Below, in pieces: positions 27,651 through 32,000 of a DNA stretch of 32,000 bases (position 1 is its first letter; each line of letters begins with the position of its first letter). Location: positions 90,001-122,000 of the forward strand of contig NZ_JHXR01000014.1 of assembly GCF_000621645.1 (NCBI RefSeq), in the 5' to 3' direction. Below the pieces are notes generated by a model, which was not told the DNA's origin, made no database searches, and saw only the letters and a program-made list of their open reading frames with translations. The stretch comes from Vibrio cholerae ATCC 14035. Lineage in GTDB: Bacteria > Pseudomonadota > Gammaproteobacteria > Enterobacterales > Vibrionaceae. The translations under genes and the position numbers were made by a program.

Positions 27651-27779
27651 CTATTTGTCTTTGGTCATGGCGAGCAAGCCAATTGAGACGACGGCAACCC
27701 CAAGGAAACCGGCCAGAATGATGACTGGCATGGCGCTGTAACCGAGCACGTGCCAAAAAATCGATTCAAGAGTACTCAT
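27651..27779 (-). CDS. Small single-TM membrane protein (42 aa), last cistron of the nap operon. Below the ORF-track length cutoff.
   Basis: ATG 27779 lies 11 nt after the napC stop and is preceded by ggagag. Translation: MSTLESIFWHVLGYSAMPVIILAGFLGVAVVSIGLLAMTKDK. TAG at 27651-27653, then the terminator. Confidence 0.55.
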   Translation of the reverse strand: MSTLESIFWHVLGYSAMPVIILAGFLGVAVVSIGLLAMTKDK

Positions 27780-27790
27780 AGTGGCTCTCC

Positions 27791-28366
27791 TTATTGCCAG
27801 CCTTCAACACCATGCATGTCGGGTAGATTGTGTGCGATGCCTTTATGGCAATCCACACAGGTTTTTTCACCAGAGGCGAGTGCGGTCGAGTGTTGCTTCG
27901 CTGCTCGGCTACTCTGCTCAGAGAAATCCATGTAGTTGAACTGGTGACAGTTTCGACATTCCAACGAATCGTTCTTTTTCAAGCGTGCCCATTCGCGTTC
28001 AGCTAAGTGTGCGCGGCGTGCTTGGAACTTCTCTGGCGTATCAATCGTGCCGATAAAGTGTGCCACCAATTCCTTGGACGCTTGCACTTTACGCACAATT
28101 TTATCCGTCCATTCATGGGGGACATGGCAGTCAGAACAGATGGCGCGAACCCCAGAACGGTTTGAATAGTGAATCGTCTCTTGGATTTCGGCCACAATCG
28201 GCGCGTGACAGCCCGAGCAAAACTCTTCGCTGTTGGTCGCTTCCATTCCTGTATTGAAGGCGCCCCAAAATAACAGGCCGCCGACAAAACCCATCAGCAG
28301 AACCACACCGACGGCGGCTTTACTTGGGCTCGATAGACGAAGCCAAAACGCTTTTAGAAATTTCAT
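27791..28366 (-). CDS. napC: Membrane-anchored tetrahaem cytochrome c quinol dehydrogenase NapC (NapC/NirT family), 191 aa
   Basis: N-terminal TM plus four CxxCH motifs (CSGCH, CSDCH, CRNCH, CVDCH). Confidence 0.93.
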   Translation of the reverse strand: MKFLKAFWLRLSSPSKAAVGVVLLMGFVGGLLFWGAFNTGMEATNSEEFCSGCHAPIVAEIQETIHYSNRSGVRAICSDCHVPHEWTDKIVRKVQASKELVAHFIGTIDTPEKFQARRAHLAEREWARLKKNDSLECRNCHQFNYMDFSEQSSRAAKQHSTALASGEKTCVDCHKGIAHNLPDMHGVEGWQ

Positions 28367-28383
28367 AAATGGCCTCTTTTCGG

Positions 28384-28839
28384 TTAACGAAGTGAATCAA
28401 CACGTTCGAAATCGTTCTCAACCAGCGGTTTTGCATCCGCCTGAAGGACGTGACACTGCAAACAGAAGTAGCGGCGTGGAGAGACGTCCGACAGTACCGC
28501 ATCTTCGCGGTTCACAAAGTGAGTGACACTGATCTTGGTGGCGCCCATTTCTTTGGCGTTTTTCCAACTGTGGCACGCAAGGCACTTGTTGGCGTTCAAC
28601 GACACTTCATAGTTGCGAATGTTGTGCGGGATGAGTGGTGGTTGATACACAAAATCACTCTCTAGCGCTTGTTCGCGTGGGTATTTCTTCATTGGATCAG
28701 CGGCGCGAGTTGCTTCAATTTCTGTTGCTCCGCGCAGTGATTCTAGACCTCCGATACCGCCTGGATTGTTCAGCTCAGCATGAGCAATGCCAGCCAGTAC
28801 GGTAAACACTGAAAGTAAGGCAATGAGTTGTTTTTTCAT
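28384..28839 (-). CDS. napB: Dihaem cytochrome c NapB, 151 aa. The track ORF opens upstream at 28899.
   Basis: Signal peptide [21 protein letters not shown], two CxxCH motifs (CLACH, CLQCH), and SD ggagaa 7 nt before ATG 28839. Confidence 0.9.
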   Translation of the reverse strand: MKKQLIALLSVFTVLAGIAHAELNNPGGIGGLESLRGATEIEATRAADPMKKYPREQALESDFVYQPPLIPHNIRNYEVSLNANKCLACHSWKNAKEMGATKISVTHFVNREDAVLSDVSPRRYFCLQCHVLQADAKPLVENDFERVDSLR

Positions 28840-28905
28840 CGTAAATTCTCCGCCTTGCGGCTTAATACTTGGTCTGGGCTGACGGGCAGCCCAGTGCAAT
28901 CAGGG

Positions 28906-31395
28906 TTACGCGACTTTGGTGATCTTAACCGGACACTTCTTGAAGTCAGTCTGCTTCGAGAGTGGGTCGGTCGCATCGAGGATTAACTTGTTGACCAAAA
29001 TGCGAGCATCAAAGAAAGGCACGAACACCAAGCCTTTTGGCGGCTTATTACGACCGCGAGTTTCTACGCGCACTCGAACTTCACCACGCGAGTTGGAGAT
29101 CAGCACTTCATCGCCACGGCGTAAACCGCGCGCTTGCGCGTCTTCATGGTGCATAAAGCACAGCGCATCCGGTACCGCTTTATACAGCTCAGGGACACGA
29201 CGGGTCATAGTGCCAGTGTGCCAGTGCTCAAGAACACGGCCAGTACAGAGCCATAAATCGTACTCTTCATTGGGCATTTCTGGCGGCGCTTCATAAGGTG
29301 AGGAGATGATCCACGCTTTGCCATCCGGTTTGCCGTAGAAATCCCAACCTGAACCGGCTTTGGCATAAGGGTCAGAGCCTTCTTTAAAGCGCCATTTAGT
29401 TTCTTTGCCATCGACAACCGGCCAACGCAGGCCGCGTACTTGGTGGTAAACATCGTAAGGCGCTAAATCGTGACCATGGCCGCGGCCAAACTCGGCATAC
29501 TCTTCAAACAGACCTTTTTGGATATAGAAACCAAAGTGGTGCGCATCATCGTTGAGTTCACGTGCTTCGCTCAGTGGGAACTTGTCCACCTGACCGTTTT
29601 TGAACAGCACGTCATACAGGGTTTTGCCGCGGTATTGCGGTGCTTTTGCCAGCAGTTCTTCCGGCCACACGTCTTCGACTTTGAAGCGTTTTGAAAACTC
29701 AATCACTTGCCATGAGTCGGAGTGAGATTCACCGACAGTCTTCACTTGTTGATACCACACTTGGGTACGGCGCTCGGCGTTGCCGTACGCGCCTTCTTTT
29801 TCTACCCACATGGCGGTTGGCAAAACAAGGTCAGCCGCTTGCGCCGTTACGGTTGGGTAAGCATCCGATACCACAATGAAGTTTTCAGGGTTGCGGTAGC
29901 CCGGTAAACGCTCTTCATTGATGTTTGGACCGGCTTGCATGTTGTTATTACATTGCACCCAGTAACAGTTCAGTACGCCGTCTTTGAGCATGCGGTCTTG
30001 CTGCACCGCATGGAAGCCCGGTTTCTCAGGAATCGTGCCTTCAGGCAATTTCCACACTTTTTCGGCAATCGCACGGTGTTTAGGGTTAGCCACCACCATG
30101 TCGGCTGGCAGACGGTGTGCAAAGGTACCCACTTCACGCGCCGTACCACAGGCTGATGGCTGACCGGTCAGTGAGAATGGGCTGTTGCCTGGAGTGGCGA
30201 TTTTGCCAGTAAGTAAGTGCAGGTTGTACACCAAGCTTTGCATCCAGACACCGCGAGTATGTTGGTTCATCCCCATGGTCCAGAGTGACATCACTTTGGT
30301 GTTTGGATCGGCATACTGCTTCGCGAGCGTGATCAGTTTATCCGGTGATACTCCGGAAATTTCAGACGCTTTTTCAACCGTGTAAGGCGCAACCGATTTT
30401 TTGTACTCTTCAAACGAAATATCGCTGACATCACCGGAGTTGGCGTTTTTCGCCTTTTTCTGTAGAGGGTGATCGTCACGCAGACCGTAACCGATGTCTG
30501 TGACCGCTTGTTTGAAATGGGTGTGCTTGTTGACAAAGTCCCAGTTCACCGCATCGTTTTGAATGATGTAGTTGGCGATGAAGTTGGCAATCGCTAAGTC
30601 AGACTGTGGGTGGAAAATGTAGCCATGATCCGCCAACTCAAAGGAACGGTGGTAATACGTTGAGAGCACATTCACTTTGACATGAGGATGGCTTAGGCGA
30701 CGGTCAGTAATGCGCGTCCAGAGCACTGGGTGCATTTCCGCCATGTTGGAACCCCAAAGCACAAACGCATCGGCGTGTTCAAAGTCGTCATAACAGCCCA
30801 TAGGCTCATCAATACCAAAGGTACGCATAAAGCCCACTACCGCAGAAGCCATACAGTGACGTGCGTTGGGGTCAATGTTGTTAGAACGAAAGCCCGCTTT
30901 CATCAGCTTCACCGCCGCGTAACCTTCCATCACTGTCCACTGGCCAGAACCGAACATACCCACGCTGGTTGGGCCTTTGGTTTTAAGCGAAGCTTTCCAT
31001 TTTTCAGCCATCACATCAAATGCGGTATCCCAAGAGACTGGGGTGAATTCACCGTCTTTGTGGTATTGACCATCTTTCATGCGCAGCAGCGGCGTTTTTA
31101 AGCGATCTTGACCGTACATGATTTTGGAGAGGAAGTAGCCCTTAATGCAGTTAAGGCCTTTGTTTACTGGAGCTTCAGGATCACCTTGTGTGGCGACAAC
31201 GCGACCATCTTGGGTTCCGACCAGCACAGAACAGCCTGTACCACAAAAACGGCAAGGTGCTTTGTCCCAATGAATTGCGGTTTGATCGGAGCTAGCGATC
31301 AAGTTGGTGGCAGATGCGGGGAGGGTGATCCCTGCAACCGCCGCAGCTGAGGCGGCTGCGTTTGCTTTCACAAACGCACGTCTGGTCATTTTCAT
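28906..31395 (-). CDS. napA: Periplasmic nitrate reductase catalytic subunit NapA (Mo-bisMGD, 4Fe-4S), 829 aa
   Basis: Tat signal [20 protein letters not shown] and an N-terminal CRFCGTGC cluster motif. Length and colinearity are typical of NapA. Confidence 0.95.
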   Translation of the reverse strand: MKMTRRAFVKANAAASAAAVAGITLPASATNLIASSDQTAIHWDKAPCRFCGTGCSVLVGTQDGRVVATQGDPEAPVNKGLNCIKGYFLSKIMYGQDRLKTPLLRMKDGQYHKDGEFTPVSWDTAFDVMAEKWKASLKTKGPTSVGMFGSGQWTVMEGYAAVKLMKAGFRSNNIDPNARHCMASAVVGFMRTFGIDEPMGCYDDFEHADAFVLWGSNMAEMHPVLWTRITDRRLSHPHVKVNVLSTYYHRSFELADHGYIFHPQSDLAIANFIANYIIQNDAVNWDFVNKHTHFKQAVTDIGYGLRDDHPLQKKAKNANSGDVSDISFEEYKKSVAPYTVEKASEISGVSPDKLITLAKQYADPNTKVMSLWTMGMNQHTRGVWMQSLVYNLHLLTGKIATPGNSPFSLTGQPSACGTAREVGTFAHRLPADMVVANPKHRAIAEKVWKLPEGTIPEKPGFHAVQQDRMLKDGVLNCYWVQCNNNMQAGPNINEERLPGYRNPENFIVVSDAYPTVTAQAADLVLPTAMWVEKEGAYGNAERRTQVWYQQVKTVGESHSDSWQVIEFSKRFKVEDVWPEELLAKAPQYRGKTLYDVLFKNGQVDKFPLSEARELNDDAHHFGFYIQKGLFEEYAEFGRGHGHDLAPYDVYHQVRGLRWPVVDGKETKWRFKEGSDPYAKAGSGWDFYGKPDGKAWIISSPYEAPPEMPNEEYDLWLCTGRVLEHWHTGTMTRRVPELYKAVPDALCFMHHEDAQARGLRRGDEVLISNSRGEVRVRVETRGRNKPPKGLVFVPFFDARILVNKLILDATDPLSKQTDFKKCPVKITKVA

Positions 31396-31712
31396 ACATT
31401 ACCCTCGAGTTCAGAAAAGGTATTTCCAGTGTGTAATTGTTCTTCTTCCGTTACCGTCTCTATCTGATGAAACACCAGAAAAGCGTTGAGCACATTGGGA
31501 AGATTATTAATATGTTCTATGGTTTCGGTGATGAAGCCTTGACGATCGGTTTCAATCACAACGACGAGTTTGCCTTGCGGATCCTCGCCGTAAATTTCCA
31601 CATCACGCAGCTCGCTCACCTGCTGTTTCACTGTGAGCAAATGCTCTGGCAAGGTGTGAACCACCAAGCTGGAAATGTGTACTTCGTGCAGTGAAGCTGA
31701 GGGTTGTGACAT
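31392..31712 (-). CDS. napD: NapA chaperone NapD, about 106 aa. The track opens at GTG 31733; ATG 31712 has SD ggagag.
   Basis: A small acidic protein whose TGA overlaps the napA ATG (ATGA). Positioned between napF and napA. Confidence 0.8.
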   Translation of the reverse strand: MSQPSASLHEVHISSLVVHTLPEHLLTVKQQVSELRDVEIYGEDPQGKLVVVIETDRQGFITETIEHINNLPNVLNAFLVFHQIETVTEEEQLHTGNTFSELEGNV

Positions 31713-31738
31713 CTTGCTCTCCAATTTATCCACGCCGT

Positions 31739-32000
31739 TTAAGCGATGTGTTGGGTGTAGTGAACCGTCATTGCGTTACTGGGACAAACCGAAACGCAAG
31801 CTCCGCAACCGGAGCACTGTTCGCTGTTGACCTGCGGGCTTGCGGTGCGGCCGATTTGCAAAGCAAAATGAATCGCCTCTTCTGGGCAGGCATCTTGGCA
31901 AGAGCGGCACTCCACTTGCTGTTGAGCCAAACAGTGATGGGTAATGTGCACCTTTGCTTGCCATGGCGCTTCGCTTTGCGCCACGAAGAGGGGTTCCGGA
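31739..32000 (-). CDS. napF: Ferredoxin-type protein NapF, C-terminal part. The 5' end lies beyond the window.
   Basis: Two 4Fe-4S motifs, CRSCQDACP and CSGCGACVSVCP. The frame is open to the window edge. Confidence 0.8.
   Translation of the reverse strand, partial: PEPLFVAQSEAPWQAKVHITHHCLAQQQVECRSCQDACPEEAIHFALQIGRTASPQVNSEQCSGCGACVSVCPSNAMTVHYTQHIA

Noticed and set aside
27568-27756. 62-aa minus-strand ORF from the track, overlapping the nap 3' region
   Set aside because: It crosses the bidirectional terminator and runs antisense into the HD-GYP 3' end. It lacks an SD and is Arg/His-rich. The 42-aa frame at 27651-27779 explains this region better.
28916-31350. Several plus-strand ORFs of 60-126 aa opposite napA
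   Set aside because: They are antisense shadow ORFs within a highly conserved CDS. None has an SD or recognisable domain features.

Overview
The window reads as a Vibrio metabolic and accessory stretch. The gene order and proteins match what I recall of Vibrio cholerae chromosome II, roughly VCA0676 to VCA0702, but this is from memory and not a database hit. Left to right the features are as follows. (1) A YqhD-like Fe-alcohol dehydrogenase (-). (2) A large modular GH18 chitodextrinase (+). (3) An orphan glgC (-). (4) A membrane PAS-GGDEF diguanylate cyclase (-). (5) An anchored SH3-like hypothetical protein (+). (6) A 151-aa secreted ORF that I identify as the translation-arrest peptide VemP, directly upstream of a secD-secF paralog pair (+). 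(7) A visibly AT-rich gap of about 620 bp, followed by a PHB cluster phaB-phaA-phaP-phaC (+). (8) An 'iron(III)-type' ABC transporter, which is really a hexose-6-phosphate importer, downstream of uhpA-uhpB-uhpC (all -). (9) A tandem HD/HD-GYP phosphodiesterase (+). (10) napF(partial)-napD-napA-napB-napC (-), followed by a 42-aa membrane ORF that falls below the ORF-track cutoff. Three ERIC/IRU palindromic repeats lie in 5.3 kb and bracket the chitodextrinase and glgC genes. Several clear Rho-independent terminators are visible, including one inside the pha cluster and one orphan terminator in a divergent promoter region. I found no rRNA, tRNA, CRISPR array, transposase, integrase or recognisable defence system. 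The most interesting items are the apparently intact VemP-secDF nascent-chain export-monitoring device, the small ORF coupled to napC, and the uhpABC-ABC importer wiring with no uhpT in the window. All calls rest on motif recognition and hand-checked base pairing. No alignment or folding software was available.
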